This document shows positions 14,545 to 42,392 of a stretch of DNA of 64,000 nucleotides, piece after piece. The stretch is taken from assembly GCF_009914755.1 (NCBI RefSeq), contig NC_060938.1; one strand, written 5' to 3'. Both the position numbers and the translations under genes were made by a program. Each line of letters opens with the position of its first letter. Within the stretch, counting starts at the first letter, position 1. This DNA is from the human T2T-CHM13v2.0 reference genome, Homo sapiens. The notes under the pieces are model-generated. The model did not search any database. It worked only from the letters and a program-made list of their open reading frames with translations, and was not told the DNA's origin.

Positions 14545-15630
14545 TGGAAGAAGCCAGGCTTTCTTAGCCATTCTTTGCAGCAGAAGATTTCTTGATAAAA
14601 AAGGATTACCTTTCCTTGTAAAGAGGATGCTGCCTTAAGAATTGCATGTTGTAAAAAATCTTTTTGGAAAATACAGACTGTTTGTTTACCAGACATTCTT
14701 GTACTTTTTGCATAATTTTGTAAGAGTTATTTATCAAAATTATGTGAGGTTCCAAAATATGTAAAAATGATAATAATAAAAAAAGATTAACATCCCTTGT
14801 CATCTTTTTTAAATATCCTATACTCTTCAGTAAGAATCTGTATATTTTAATAGGCAAATCTTTAAGTCTGTTCCCTTCTAATTCTGTATCATACATTGCT
14901 TTTGTAGAAATAAATGTGTGTTTATTTCATTATTTTTGGGATGTCCTCGTTGACACTTGTATAATAAATATCCTCTTTATCATTTTCAGCTTTTAACACT
15001 AGATACTGCACGTGATTAGAATGTTTTTGAAGGTTTCCTCGTTTTTATTTGCCTTGGACAGTTTTTAGTTGTCAGAGTCAGAGCTTTGCAGCTTTGAGGG
15101 GGAACAGTTCTCTTTAAAATCATTTGCTATTTTCTATTCTCCCTTGTTATTTTAATCTAAGCATTTTCCCCCGTTTCTCATATTTTAACCATATGTTCGG
15201 TAGATAACTAAACAGTATGATCTGGTTGGCATTTTCTTCCTGATGATGGGAGCGTCATTCTTTTGTCTTCATGGTTACTTGTGTGATATAACATACATCT
15301 GTTAAAGAAAATCACTTCTTTCTAGGGGAGGGAGGTAGAAAAGTATCTTTCAAACTTGGTTTTTGAGTTTGTGTCTTGTCTTAACTTTGTGTTGGCTCTA
15401 ACTTAAACATGCTGATATGTGTTTTCAAGAATTTTGTTTAAGGAAGTATTGTATGGAAGTCCACAAAATGAAGGAAGTTCATCTAGGTTTTAATATGTAA
15501 GCAAGATAACACACAAGTGTACCAAGTGATTATTAACTTTGTTGTTTTACAAATTTGTATGAACTTGGAGTATCTGTTGGCCATTACTATACATGTGCAA
15601 ATAAATGTGGCTTAGACTTGTGTGACTGCT
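14545..15630 (+). terminator. PNN: PNN 3'UTR with tandem poly(A) signals
   Basis: AATAAA at ~14775, 14909, 14963 and 15600; repeat-free and U/GU-rich. Exact 3' end not determinable. Confidence 0.7.
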
Positions 15631-16303
15631 TAAGACTAGTACTTGTATTAACTTTCTGATGCTTTATACAAGAGAGCACTTAAATTGCATCCTTCTTTGA
15701 GTTTAACACTGTAGCTTTAGCCTTGACTTTGAATATTCATTTTGCCTTCCCTTGACAAGTAAATGGTTACAGTGAAAATGTGAAGAAGTATTTCCAGTTA
15801 GTTTTTGTGTGTATATAACTCACTTGTGTAAGTGGATGTGTTAAAAGATCTCTTTTTAAAAATCCTTTTATTGGAGTAATTATTAAAACAGTAAATGCAT
15901 AGAGCTTTGCACAGCAATCTGTATCCATGAGCCAGTTCCACCACTAGTACCTTCATCTGTGGCTTATCCAGCAAAATGTTTCATTTCCTGTGTGCCCTGG
16001 CAGGAAAGAGGTTGGTAAATAGTGAATTAAAGGGATGATCATAAAATTTAACCTGGTTAAAAAGCACCTTATTTGATGACAGTTTGTATGCACTAAAATC
16101 CTTTATACAAATTAAGTTTTGTCTACTGATTTGTACCTGGAAAATCTGAACAATATTCATGTTGCTTACAGAAAAGGCTAGTATTGGCTTGAAGCTCTAC
16201 TATAGGAGGGGTAGTAATGGGGGTATAATGAATGCTTGAGGGGAAAGTAATTTTCAGTAATTTCAGTTAAGCGCTACTGATCATAGTATGTGAAAGGAAT
16301 TTT

Positions 16304-16705
<402 letters not shown>

Positions 16706-16913
16706 AGGAATTTTAATAACAGATTGTACTAACATTTTTAAGTGGTATTCATTTTTAGGTTGGAAGGTTTAATTTTTTAAATATAGTATTTTAGATTTTT
16801 TTGTTTCCGATCAGTGCTTTATCCTTGAACTAAAATTTTATGGAACTTAATGTTCAGAGAACCATGGAATTGCACTTGAAGAGACACAAGGAAGAAGAAT
16901 GTAAAAGTAATGA

Positions 16914-17192
<279 letters not shown>

Positions 17193-18777
17193 TGACATCG
17201 TGATCCGCCTGCCTTGGCCTCCCAAAGTGCTGGGATTACAGGCATGAGCCACGGCGCCCGGCTAACACGCAGTAGTCTTCCTACTGGAGATTACAAATTA
17301 GTGTTTATGGTTGAGTGCAGTGGCCTGTAATTCCCAACACTTTGGGAGGCTGAGGTGGAAAGATTGCTTGAGCCCAGGAGCCAGAGACCAACCTCGGCAA
17401 CATGGCAAAAAACTGTCTACGAAGAGAAAAACTAGCCGATTGTGGTGGCATGAGCCTGAGTCCCAGCTACTCTGGAGGCTGAGACAGGAGGATTGCTTGA
17501 GCCCAGGAGGTTGAGGTGAAGTAGCTATGATCACACTACTGCACTCCAGCCTGGGTGACAGAGTGAGACCCTGTCTAAAAAATAACAAAAAAACCCAAAT
17601 AGTGTTTATGGAAAACTTAGGAGCTGAAAGGGGATAGAGATGGTGAGTTAGGACTGAAATCAGTTTAGAGCTGTATTAGGAAAGACAGGCTGGGTGCTAT
17701 GGCTCACACCTGTAATCCCAGCAATTTGGGAGGCTGAGGGTAGAGGATGGATGGCTTGAAGCCAGGAGTTCAAGACTGACCTGGGCATCAGCAAGAATCT
17801 ATCTCTACAAAAAATAGAAAAATTTAGCCATGTGTGTACCTGTAGTTCTAGTTACTTCGGGGGCTGAGGTGGGAGGATTGCTTGAACCCAGGAGTTTGAG
17901 GTTATAGTGAGCTTTGATGGCACCACTGCACTCCATACTGGTGACAGACTGTCTAAAAAAAAAATTGGCAGAGATGTCTAAGGGGCTATTAAGGAAACAT
18001 CTTTTAAGATACCAAGGTTTGGGTAACCACCAAAATAAAGATAGTTTGAACTTCAATGAGCTGTATTTCCAATCTAGGGTCCTTCTACACACTATCTGTA
18101 GAATGATAACAATTTACATGATTACTCAGGTAATTTGGGCAAAGCAAAAGCCACCATACCAATAATGTATTGACATAAATTCAAAAGGAAAGAGAGTAGT
18201 GATTACATGGGCCAATGCTATTAGAGTCAGTCAAGATGTGGGTTTAAAGTACATAAACAAGAATTTCTTTTATGGCTAATATTGTGTAAGAATTTTTTTA
18301 TGACTAGTCAAACTTTAAAATATCTTCTGAAATCCAACGACAAATCCAACCCATTTTCCCTTTTTGAGGTTAAAATGAATGTTATTAAATCACATAGCCC
18401 AGAAAATGTAGCTATGTATTTGATTCAATACCACTACTCTAGTAAGCCAGTGGGGTAGAGACTACAACTTGGTAAAAATAAACGAGGTATCTGAGAATGT
18501 TTTTCTTACGCCTGTCTTTGTCTCAGCTAGCAGGACTTTTTTTTTTTTTTCTTTTTTTAAATAGAGATGAGAGTCTTGCCCTGTTGCCCAGGCTGGTCTC
18601 GAATTCCTGAGCTTAAGCGATCCTCCCATTTTGGCCATCCTAAGTGCTAAGATTACAGGTGTGAGCTACCATGTCCAGCCAATCTTTTCAAAAAAGGAAC
18701 TTAAATAATTATACTAAAAAAAATGATGATACTCAAATGCCTGCAACTCCACTTTCCATGGCCAGTTGACTACCCTA

Positions 18778-18897
<120 letters not shown>

Positions 18898-18931
18898 TCA
18901 TGAGGTCAGGAGATCAAGACCATCCTGGTTA

Positions 18932-19141
<210 letters not shown>

Positions 19142-20136
19142 TTAAGTGGCTTGGTCTCTCTTTCCCACTTTCTTTCCTCTCTTTCAGCACATCCAAATAT
19201 GTTTGAAACAATGAGCCAAGTCACATCCTGAAATTTGTCCTCGTTTTCTTCCAAATAATGGAAACAACAGTTTCTGTGACATTTTTTGTAAATATTTTGT
19301 GTGCTGTGCAGCTAAAGGGTGACCAGAGTGCTCCTTGTACATAGTAGATCTGAAAAGGAGTATGGAGGAATCAAAATTATTTGGGGCTCTTTGTCAAATT
19401 ACTCAGCCTTTTTGGAGATTTCAGATACAGCCCAACCCTTTAAGAATCTTTGTTGTCTTAGTGAACTAGTGTTACCTCTTTAAATATGTTATATATCTCT
19501 TTTGATGGATGAAGAACAAAGTTATCTAGGAACTGAGATTATATAATGAAGATTAAAAAGGGCTTTTGTTTCTCTTCTAATTTCTTATTTATGTGAATTT
19601 AGTTGCCTTTCATACTCTCAGACTTCTTTTTCATCCAGATACCCCTCCCTCAAATCACAATCCTTTCGTCTAGTTTTCTGTATTAAGACCTGCCATTTGT
19701 GATGTTCTGGACTCTACATCAAACAATCCTGACCTTTCCAAAAATTTGCTTTTTGACAGCCAGCACGTTAACTATAAGGAATGATCTTTTATTGTGGAAT
19801 TCAGTATCCCCTGGTGCTCCAGAGTGAAATAGGGGTGAGTGGGGAATGGGCCACAAAATAAATGCACCCTTCAAATTTAAGTTTTCTGTTAATGCCTGTT
19901 GGGCCTTTGTTCTCACAGCCCTGTGTATGTGCTTCTGTTTATAGGTACATACCCACAGAGCAGTATGTTCAAGGCTGCTGACCTTTGTGTTAGAAATGCA
20001 AAATGCTAGGCTATGCTAGGCTTGGTGTGATGGCTCACGCCTGTAATCCCAGTGCTTTGGGAGGCCGAGGCAGGCAGATCACCTGAGGTCAGGAGTTTGA
20101 GACTAGCCTGGCCAACATGGCAAAACCCTGTCTCTA

Positions 20137-20334
<198 letters not shown>

Positions 20335-20904
20335 CTATTTTCATGCAAATGATGTGATAATTGGGTCACCAGGGAAGGCTTTGCAGGTGAAGTGACCTGG
20401 AAGAATAAAGAAAAGCTATTTAATAGCTCTTGAGCATATGTTGTATTCTAGGTACTGTTCTCATTACTGAGTTGCAACAGTGAACAAAACAAAAGTTTCT
20501 GCCTGCATAGAGCCTACATTTGCAGGAGGGACAGAAAAGGGCCAAATGAGAGTGATAAATGTTACAGAGAGGAAGTAGGGAAGGAAGATTAGGAGTTCTG
20601 AAGTGGGATGGCTTTGCAGTTTTTGGTAGGATGGTCACAATGCCTCGCTGAGGTGATGTTTAGAGATCAGATAGGTAAAGACGCAAGCCATTTGGATATG
20701 AGGGAAGAGAATTCCAAGCAAAGGAATAACAAGACTGGTCCTTTCAATAAACAGTAAAGAGCCCTTGTGGCTGGAGCAGTGTATGCAAGGGAGGAAAATG
20801 GTAAAGTAATTCAGAGAGGTAATAGTCAATGAAAATGGCTGAGGATTTGCTACAACAGGAGAAACACAACAAGCCTATGGTCTTGAACCCAACTTGGATA
20901 AATA

Positions 20905-21491
20905 TCGACAACCAAAATAAGTGACTGAGACCTAAGTCTTAGTCATCGAGGTTTATTGAGCTAGCTTGTGGGCATGCCCGGTGGAAAAAAAAACTTGTAA
21001 AAACTTGTTTCACGGATGTATCTGTGCCTATTTTTTTCCAAAGAGGTTCTCGGGAGGTTTAGTATTTATACATTTTCCTTTAAAAGTCTGAGGAGGGTGA
21101 GGGTGGCAGTGAGATGAATGATTACAGACTTATGAGACTTTAGTTAGTGCCCAGCAAATCTACATTTTACATAAGGTAAGGTGAACATTTGAAGAAATAG
21201 GAATAGAGGAAGCAGAGAGGTGAAGGACTGATTAATCTTGTCTTTGTTCTCTCCCTGGGGAGATAAGCTAGTAATCGACATTATCAATGTGGAGTCTTGA
21301 AAGGGCTGCTTTCTGGTTAGCCCTTGGGGAGGAAAGCCTAATGGCATTTGGTGAGGGAGTAGGTATAATGAGGCATGTTGGACCTCTCATCCCGTCATAG
21401 CTATGAACTGTTTCCCAGGTTTCTTTGGGGTCCCCTTGGCTAAGAGGGGGTCCATTCAGTTGGGGACTTAGAATTTTATTTTTATTTCTCA
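20905..21491 (-). mobile_element. ERV1-class solo LTR (MER4/MER34/MER39-group)
   Basis: Characteristic GGGGTCCCCTTGGCTAAGAGGGGGTCCATTCAGTTGG..TTTTATTTTT end and TTTATT poly(A) signal on the reverse strand; subfamily uncertain. Confidence 0.55.
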
Positions 21492-21829
21492 ATATAAAAC
21501 CACAACTGGCCAAGTGTGGTGAATCACATGCCTGTAATCCTAGCACTTTGAGGGGCTGAGGTGGGCAGATCACTTGAGCCCCAGGGGTTCAAGACCAGCC
21601 TGGGCAACATGGCGAAACCTGCCTCTACGAAGAATACAAAAATTAGCTGGGCATGGTGGCGGGCACCTGTAGTCCTAGCTACTCCGGAGGTGGAGGTGGG
21701 AGGATCACCTGAGCCTGGGAGGTTGAGGCTGTGGTGAGCTGTGATTGTGCCACTGCACTCCAGCCTGGGTGACAGAATGAGACCGGATCTCAAAAAAATA
21801 AGTAATTTTTAAAAAAACCACATGGGCAC

Positions 21830-25575
<3,746 letters not shown>

Positions 25576-26270
25576 TTATTCTTCAACATAAACAAATAAA
25601 AAGATTATTATTCCAGCTATCCCCTTTTCCTGTTACTGCAGATTTTTTCATGAAGAAGGGGGGAAATTTCAATGGAGGATTTGTTTGTTTTTTTTTTTAA
25701 GTTGTGGGTGGAGGGTGGGGGAGAAGAGAGTAGAGGATATAGTGTGGCCTTTGAAAGATTTTAATGTACTTGCCATAACTAGTGCTGTTTCAACTTGTTC
25801 TCCAAAATACCTCTTATAGAGGAAAAAATGCCCCCCAAATGGAGTAAAAGGATGAGCTCAACCACAAAACTTCTTTGTTTTTTGAAGGTTCAGGTTTTAT
25901 TTAAAAATACACACAAATTTGTTTCTGCAAAGGCTCCTTTATCTCATCTTCTGCCTCTAATTTGACAAAAGTTTCCTTGGGATCTCAGAAATAATTTTAA
26001 GAAGATTTTATTTTTACATTTTACCCAGTTTTGAATGTTTTCAGTGGGATGGTTTATGTAAGTGTATAGTTTCTCATATTACTGGAAATAGAATCCAACA
26101 TAATTCAACAAATATTTATTAAGTACTTATATATCAGGCTTTAGTCTAGGATTAGGGATACAGTATTGGGGAAAAAAAATTCTGCCCTCATGGGGCTTAC
26201 ATTCTTAACCAACATCTCTTCAAATATTGCTTGTGTCCCATTCTCTCTTTTCTCCTTGAATTCAGCTTAG

Positions 26271-26515
<245 letters not shown>

Positions 26516-27132
26516 TAGCCAGGATGGTCTCAATCTCCTGACCTCGTGATCCGCCCACCTCGGCCTCCCAAAGTGCTGGGATTACAGGCGTGAGCCACCG
26601 TGCCCGACCTGTTCTAAGTATTTTTGAATCTATCTTTCACATTTTTATGTCTCTCTATTCTGAATTCTGTATAATTTCTTTATATAAATTTTCTAGTTAA
26701 TTAATTTATGTCATAGAATTGCACGTGTTTCCCCTCAATGAATATTCAAACCACTGTTATTTTATTTTGTTTACATATATATGTGTACACACCTCCTCAC
26801 ATATGGAATCTGCCATTTAATCCCAGCACTTTGGGAGGACAAGGCGGGCAGATCACCTCAGGTCAGGAGTTTGAGACCAGCCTGGCCCACATGGTGAAAC
26901 CCCATCTCTACTAAAAATAGAAAAATTAGCCAGGTGTAGTGGTGCAAGCCTGTAGCCCCAGCTACTTGGGAGGCTGAGGTGGTAGAAACACTTGACCCAG
27001 GAGGTGGAGGTTGCAGTGAGCCAAGATCATGCCACTGCACTCCAGCCTGAGCGACAGAGACCACATCTCAAAAAAAACAAAACAAAACAACAACAACAAA
27101 AAAAACCCTCCAATTAAAAATATAGAAAACTC

Positions 27133-27420
27133 GGCCGGGCGCGGTGGCTCACGCCTGTTATCCCAGCACTTTGGGAGGCCGAGGCGGGTGGATCACGAGG
27201 TCAGGAGATCGAGACCATCCTGGCTAACACAGTGAAACCCCGTCTCTACTAAAAATACAAAAAATTAGCCGGGCGAGGTAGCGGGCGCCTGTAGTCCCAG
27301 CTACTCGGGAGGCTGAGGCAGGAGAATGGCGTGAACCCCGGGGGGCGGAGCCTGCAGTGAGCCGAGATCGCGCCACTGCACTCCAGCCTGGGTGACAGAG
27401 AGACTCCGTCTCAAAAAAAA

Positions 27421-27438
<18 letters not shown>
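27133..27438 (+). mobile_element. Young AluY (AluYe5-like)
   Basis: CpG-rich; diagnostic GGCGAGGT, CCCCGGGGGGCGGAGCCTGC and short GACAG-AGAGACT end; TSD ATATAGAAAACTC. Confidence 0.8.

Positions 27439-27472
<34 letters not shown>
27439..27472. repeat. (TA)n microsatellite, ~17 units
   Basis: Perfect TA run after the A-tail. Confidence 0.95.
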
Positions 27473-27475
<3 letters not shown>

Positions 27476-28108
27476 AACTCTTTAGAAGCAAAAGTTTTGA
27501 TGAGAGGTATTCTTGGAAAATGTTACACAAGCTGGGTGTACATTTCAAGTGCACAGTAGCCTCAGTGCCGCTACTACTCTTGAAGTTTTGCTTGTAGTAG
27601 ATTTGGCTAGAACTATGCATTTTTCCTAGTTAACTCCAAGTTCACTGAAAATTTCATGTATCTTGTTAAAAATGTATTTTCTTTGCAAATTAATGTCTTC
27701 TCAGTTATAAGTTTAAATATGACAAAGAATAAGCAAAATAAGTCAATACAATTTGTAATTCACCTTCTAATACCATCATGTTGGGGGTTGGAATTTCAAC
27801 ATATGAATTTGGGAGAAACACAGATATTCAGACCATAGCAAAGTCGTAATTCATTAGTATGTAATTTTTTCAAACAGAATTCACTTTATCTCTACTTGTC
27901 ATCCAGTTAAAACATTTTACTATGTAATATTTCAGACAAGAAAAAATAGCCAAAATTATAGCAAATACTTATGAACCTTATCATCTAGTGAAATAAATAA
28001 AATGTGATAAAAAATTAAAGTATCCTCTAATTTTATTTAGTGTGTTCATTTCCCTTCCCCCAACCACCCAGAGTCAATTATGTTTTCTTATGTCTTTGAG
28101 TATATTAA

Positions 28109-28607
<499 letters not shown>

Positions 28608-28717
28608 TGAACTCCTGACCTCATGATCCACCCATCTCAGCCTACCAAAGTGCTGGGATTACAGGCGTGAGCCACCGCGCCCAGCCCACTCCTGGCTAAT
28701 TTTTATGTTTTTAGTAG

Positions 28718-28861
<144 letters not shown>

Positions 28862-29003
28862 TGAAACTGACCTTAAAAGCAAGTTTGAAGCAGTTATTTC
28901 TGGATATTTTATTTTAAATCGTGTATGTTTTTGCTTTAAAAAATGTTTCGGTTGGGTGTGGTGGCTCATGTCTGTAATCTCAGCACTTTGGGAGTCCAAG
29001 TCA

Positions 29004-29246
<243 letters not shown>

Positions 29247-29458
29247 TCATTGTTTTGTATAAAAGAAAAACTGTAAAATAGACATTCACTTTCAATCTCA
29301 TTCTCCAGAAATAACTGCCATTTATACGTTAGGGAACATTTTCCCAGACAACTCTATATTTTCAAATATATACATTTAATACATAAATACAAACACATAC
29401 ACACTGGTGCCTACATGTATACCTATATATATTCACAACACACATAATTTTCAAATAG

Positions 29459-29742
<284 letters not shown>

Positions 29743-30185
29743 TAACTCCTGTTCTCAAGTGATGTTCCCGACTCGGCCTCCCAAAGTGCTGGGATACACG
29801 TGTGAACCACCAAACCTGGCCTGTCTCTTATTTTTAATGGCTGCAGAGTTTTTCACTGAATGATGTAGTGTACTTTAATCGATATCGCTGATGGAAAGGG
29901 ATAATAGTCTTTGAAATCCATTTTTTACCTTCTTCCTTTGATTATTAGATAGTCTCCAAGCTGGAGACATGTTGCTTATGTGTACAAACTACATTTCTCA
30001 TTGGCTCATTCAGCTAGGCATGGCTATCATGTGATGTGAGTGGAAGTTATGAGGAAACTTCCAGGTCAGACTCTACTTTCTTTCCCTTTTACCAACTGTA
30101 GCATGTGTTTGGTAGTGGTAAGGATGGACCACACAAAGGAGGAAAGTGGAGTAAAGTGACAGAAGGAATCTGAATGATCTTGTGA

Positions 30186-30610
<425 letters not shown>

Positions 30611-30628
30611 TTAGAGATGGACTTCTAA

Positions 30629-30795
<167 letters not shown>

Positions 30796-31747
30796 TAGCA
30801 AATTTTGTATTTTTAGTAGAGACGAGGTTTCCCCATGTTGGTCAGTTTGGTCTCGAAATCCCAACCTCAGGTGATCCGCCCACCTCGGCCTCCCAAAGTG
30901 CTGGGATTACAGGTGTGAGCCACCGTGCCGGCCTACAATTTTTCAATATTATAAGTAATTCCAGTGCATATATCTCTTCCCATGTGTAATATTATATCCT
31001 TAGAGTAAATTCATATATGTAAAATTGATGGGTCAATGAGACATTTCAAGTATATTGGAAATTTATACAAATTTATAAATTTATACTGCTACCGACTATA
31101 GAGGAGGTTGCTTTTTTTCCCCATATCCTTACCAACATGGATTTTGTCAGCTTTATTTATTTGAGGTTGAAAAGAGCAAGCTCATAAAGAAATTTTGTAC
31201 TCTTCTACTTTTCTTTCTTTTTTTTTTTCTGTTTTGAGACAGAATTATGATCTTGTTGCCCAGGCTGGAGTGCAGTGGCACAGTCTCGTTCACTGCAACC
31301 TCAGCCTCCTGGGTTCAAGCAATCCTTCTGCCTCAGCCTCCCAAGTAGCTGGGATTACAGGCGCCTGTCAACACACCCAGCTAATTTTGTATTTTTAGTA
31401 GAGACAGGGTTTCACCATGTTGGCCAGGCTGGTCTTGAACTCCTGACCTCAGGTGATCCGCCTGCCTCAGTCTCCCAGAGTGCTGGGATTACAGGTGTGA
31501 GCCACTGCGCCTGGCCTTCTACATTTCATTAATAAAGAGTCAAATGTGTTTTCTAGCACATTTGTAGTTTTTTTTACATTTAACTGTTAATATATCTGAA
31601 ATTTATTTAGTTGTTTAAAAAAAGATAAGAATGGCCAAGCACGGTGGCTCACGCCTATAATCCCAGCACCTTGAGAAGAGGGCGGATCACCTGAGGTTGG
31701 GAGTTTGAGACAAGCCTGACCAACATTGAGAAACCCCATCTCTACTA

Positions 31748-31906
<159 letters not shown>

Positions 31907-32031
31907 TCAAAAAAAAAAAAAAAAAAAAAAGGTCAGAATTAACTTTTTTTTTCAAGTTGCTGTTAGTTCTTCCAGTATAATTTATTGAATAATCTTTGTC
32001 TCCCTCCCTGAATTAAAATGCAACCATATAG

Positions 32032-32290
<259 letters not shown>

Positions 32291-32387
32291 TAGCCAGGAT
32301 GGTCTCGATCTCCTGACCTCGTGATCCACCCGCCTCAGCCTCCCAAAATGCTGGGATTACAGACGTGAGCCACCACGTCCAGCCTAA

Positions 32388-32752
<365 letters not shown>

Positions 32753-33289
32753 TGAGCCACCATGCCTGGCTATATATTTATTTTTAATGAAAACTTTAGA
32801 ATCATTTTTCAAGTTCCCCAAAAAGTTAACATTTTCATTGCAATTATATGGCCTTTATAAATTTAGAAGTAATCAACATCTTTAGAATATTGACTCTAAA
32901 CAGAAACAAGTATAACTCTGCATTTATTCTATCATCTATATTCTGCAGTAACATTTTATAGTTTTCTTCATCAGGTCTTGTACATTTTTATTAAGTTTAG
33001 CCGTAGAGTGTCTTTTGCTAAAACAAATTATTTGCTATTGTGAACAGGATTTTTTTCTTTTTATTGCATTTCCACCGATTTGTTGTTTATGTATAGGAAA
33101 TTTAAAAATATTTTTCCAGTTTGCAGGAAGCTCCTTTGTCTACCTCTTGTCTACAGTGGAAACTCCTGTGACTATTTTCTAAGCCATACTTGACTGGATC
33201 ACAGTTAAAGAAAAAGTGAGGCACTTCTTCAGGAAGACAAGAACATTTCTTTTGGTGGTTGGACTTATAAAATGTTGGAATAATAAGTC

Positions 33290-33617
33290 TGTCTTTGTCC
33301 ACTCTGGCTGCTATAACAAAATACCATAAACTGGGTAGCTTATAAACAACAGAAACTTCTCACAGTTCTGGAACCTGGGAAGTCCAAGAACAAGATAAGA
33401 TTAGGTGTCTGGTAAGGGCCCGCTTCCTCATAGATGGCATCTTCTTGCTGTGACCTCACATAATATAAGGGATGAGGAGTCTCTCTTGGCCCTCTTTTAT
33501 AAGGTCACGAATCCACTCAAGGACCTCACTTTCTAGTACCATCACCCCTGGGGGCTAGGATTTCAACATATGAATTTGATGGGGGGGGGGTGGGACACAG
33601 ATATTCAGATCATAGCA
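33290..33617 (-). mobile_element. MLT1A-type MaLR solo LTR
   Basis: TGTCTTTGTCC..GGCTGCTATAACAAAATACCATA...TTCAGATCATAGCA with TG..CA ends; 5-bp TSD AAGTC (33285-33289, 33618-33622). Confidence 0.85.
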
Positions 33618-34081
33618 AAGTCTTAATTCATTAATATGTAATTTTTCACCTGGTGCAGTGGCTCACACCTGTAATTCCAACACTTCCAGAGACTGAGGCA
33701 GGTGGATCACTTAAGCCCAGGAGTTCAAGATCAGCCTGGGTAAAATGGCAAAACCCCATGTCTACAAAAAATACAAAAATTAGCCAGGCATGGTGGCGTA
33801 CCTGTAGTCCTTCCTAAGGCAAGAAGATCACCTGAGTCCAGGAGGTGGAGGTTGCATTGAGTCATGATTGTGCCACTGCACTCCAGTCTGGAAGACAGGG
33901 CAAGGCTGTCTCAAAAAAAAAAAAAAAAGTGTGTAGCACCCCATTAATTAAAAAATGAATAAATATATAAAAAGATGTAACTTCCCTTCCTGAAACTGTT
34001 ACCAAAAATGTTCTCTTGGGCCAGGCGTGGTGGCTCACACCTGTAATCCCAGCACTTTGGGAGGCCGAGGCGGGCGGATCA

Positions 34082-34354
<273 letters not shown>

Positions 34355-34575
34355 TCACAATTCAGTCCAATTCCATAACCTTAAAAAACATGTTTATTGT
34401 TTGATTTTTTAAAATTTTATTTTATGAGATAGGATCTTGCTCAATCTCCCAGGCTGGAGTGCAGTGGCAGGATCACAGATCACTACAGCCTCAACATCCT
34501 GGCTCAGCCTTCCAAGTACCTGGGACTACAGCTGCATGTCACCGCGCCCAGCTAATTTTATTTTATTTTTTGTAG

Positions 34576-34746
<171 letters not shown>

Positions 34747-35598
34747 TAATGAACCTCTATGTACCTATCACTCAGCTTTAACAATTATCAACTTATTGCT
34801 ATTTTTGTTTCAACACTCCACATATTCCTTACCACACACACACCCTTAGTCTCTGCCACTTGAATCATTTCCAAAACTTTTTGATGGCCTAGGTTTCCTT
34901 GCCCACTGGGGCGACTAGCCTCTTTCCACAATGTCTATTTGATCATGAGGACAGTCACATATTACTATGCCATGCAGTAGGAAGACATTGGTCCCACCAC
35001 TCCTTTCTTTTTTGTTCATTTCTTTCTCTACTGAGTGGCAGCAAGCCTGAGGCGTTACATATTGTGCTACTTTTTGGTTTAGCAATCTATAGATGACACT
35101 ATGAACAGATCCCTTGGTAGATGGGTTAACTTGAACACCTCCTAGTTAAATAGCAAGGGGGAGGGGACAAACTGAATGCCAAACATCCCCATTCCCATCA
35201 CCGCACATCAGAAGAGAAGGGAGAAGAGATGATTGACACTACTATGAGCTCTGTGTGCTACCTCCCACCTCCAATATTTAGATTTACAGAAGGCTTGCAA
35301 AGAGATTATTGGACTCAAAGATGTCGGTTTTCTGAAAATAGAATATAAAAGTACTCAGTGCCATTTTTGTTCTCAGCTGTTAAGTTCTGTTAGGAAATAC
35401 ATGGAAGACAAGAAAGATACTGCTTGACACATCTATCACCATGTTACACATATAAACTCAAGAAATGTAGGAAATGGCTCCATTGCTGCACTGCTGTTCT
35501 GCCTTGCGAGAGAACTCTGGCACAGGCTGCGGGTCCAGAGGCCTGGCTCTGCTTGAAGTAGCTCCCCCTTGCCCTATTTCACTCTGCAGGGCCACTAA

Positions 35599-35982
<384 letters not shown>

Positions 35983-35994
35983 TAAAGATTAACT

Positions 35995-41364
<5,370 letters not shown>

Positions 41365-41449
41365 TATGGGTGCAAAAAGGTGTCTCAGAAGACTTTCCTC
41401 CTTATAATAAAAACTCTATCTACCACATCTCCTAGCCACCCAAATAAAC

Positions 41450-41680
41450 ACACATTGGCTCTCCCCAATCTCCAGCTTGCTGATTTGAGAATATTGGGAC
41501 TTCTTAGCCTCCATAATTACATGAACCAATTCCTTATAACAAATCTCTTCTCATACCTAGAGGCACAATTGACACAAACACATTTTTTAAAAATAAGTCT
41601 CTTCATATAGATATATGTAGACACACACATACATACACACATCCCATTGGTTGCTGTTTCTCTGTAGGACCTGACTAATA
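41450..41680 (+). mobile_element. MLT2 (ERVL) LTR 3' fragment
   Basis: GGGACTTCTTAGCCTCCATAATTACATGAACCAATTCCTTATAACAAATCTC...CTGACTAATACA. Confidence 0.65.
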
Positions 41681-41949
41681 CAGATTAACTTCTTTGTTAG
41701 GTATCCCTTTATTAGCTGGGCAGCTTAAGGGAACATCATTGTATCTATCACAAATCTTTATGATTTCAGGTTGTTTCATTTTCCTTGTTTCCGTAGGTTT
41801 GAATGTTGAATGTTTTTAAACCCCTGACCCATACACTCAGCTGAAAATAAGAATGAAAAATTAGTTCACATTAGAACAATAATCAGGTGAGAGTAGGGGC
41901 GACGATGGTGAAACATGCCCAATTGAGAATGGTAAAGAAAGTTTAATGA

Positions 41950-42392
<443 letters not shown>

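Noticed and set aside
33128-33285. Acceptor-preceded segments at ~33128, ~53750 and ~54910 as exons of a lost gene
   Set aside because: Stops in candidate frames, no convincing donors and no recognisable protein family
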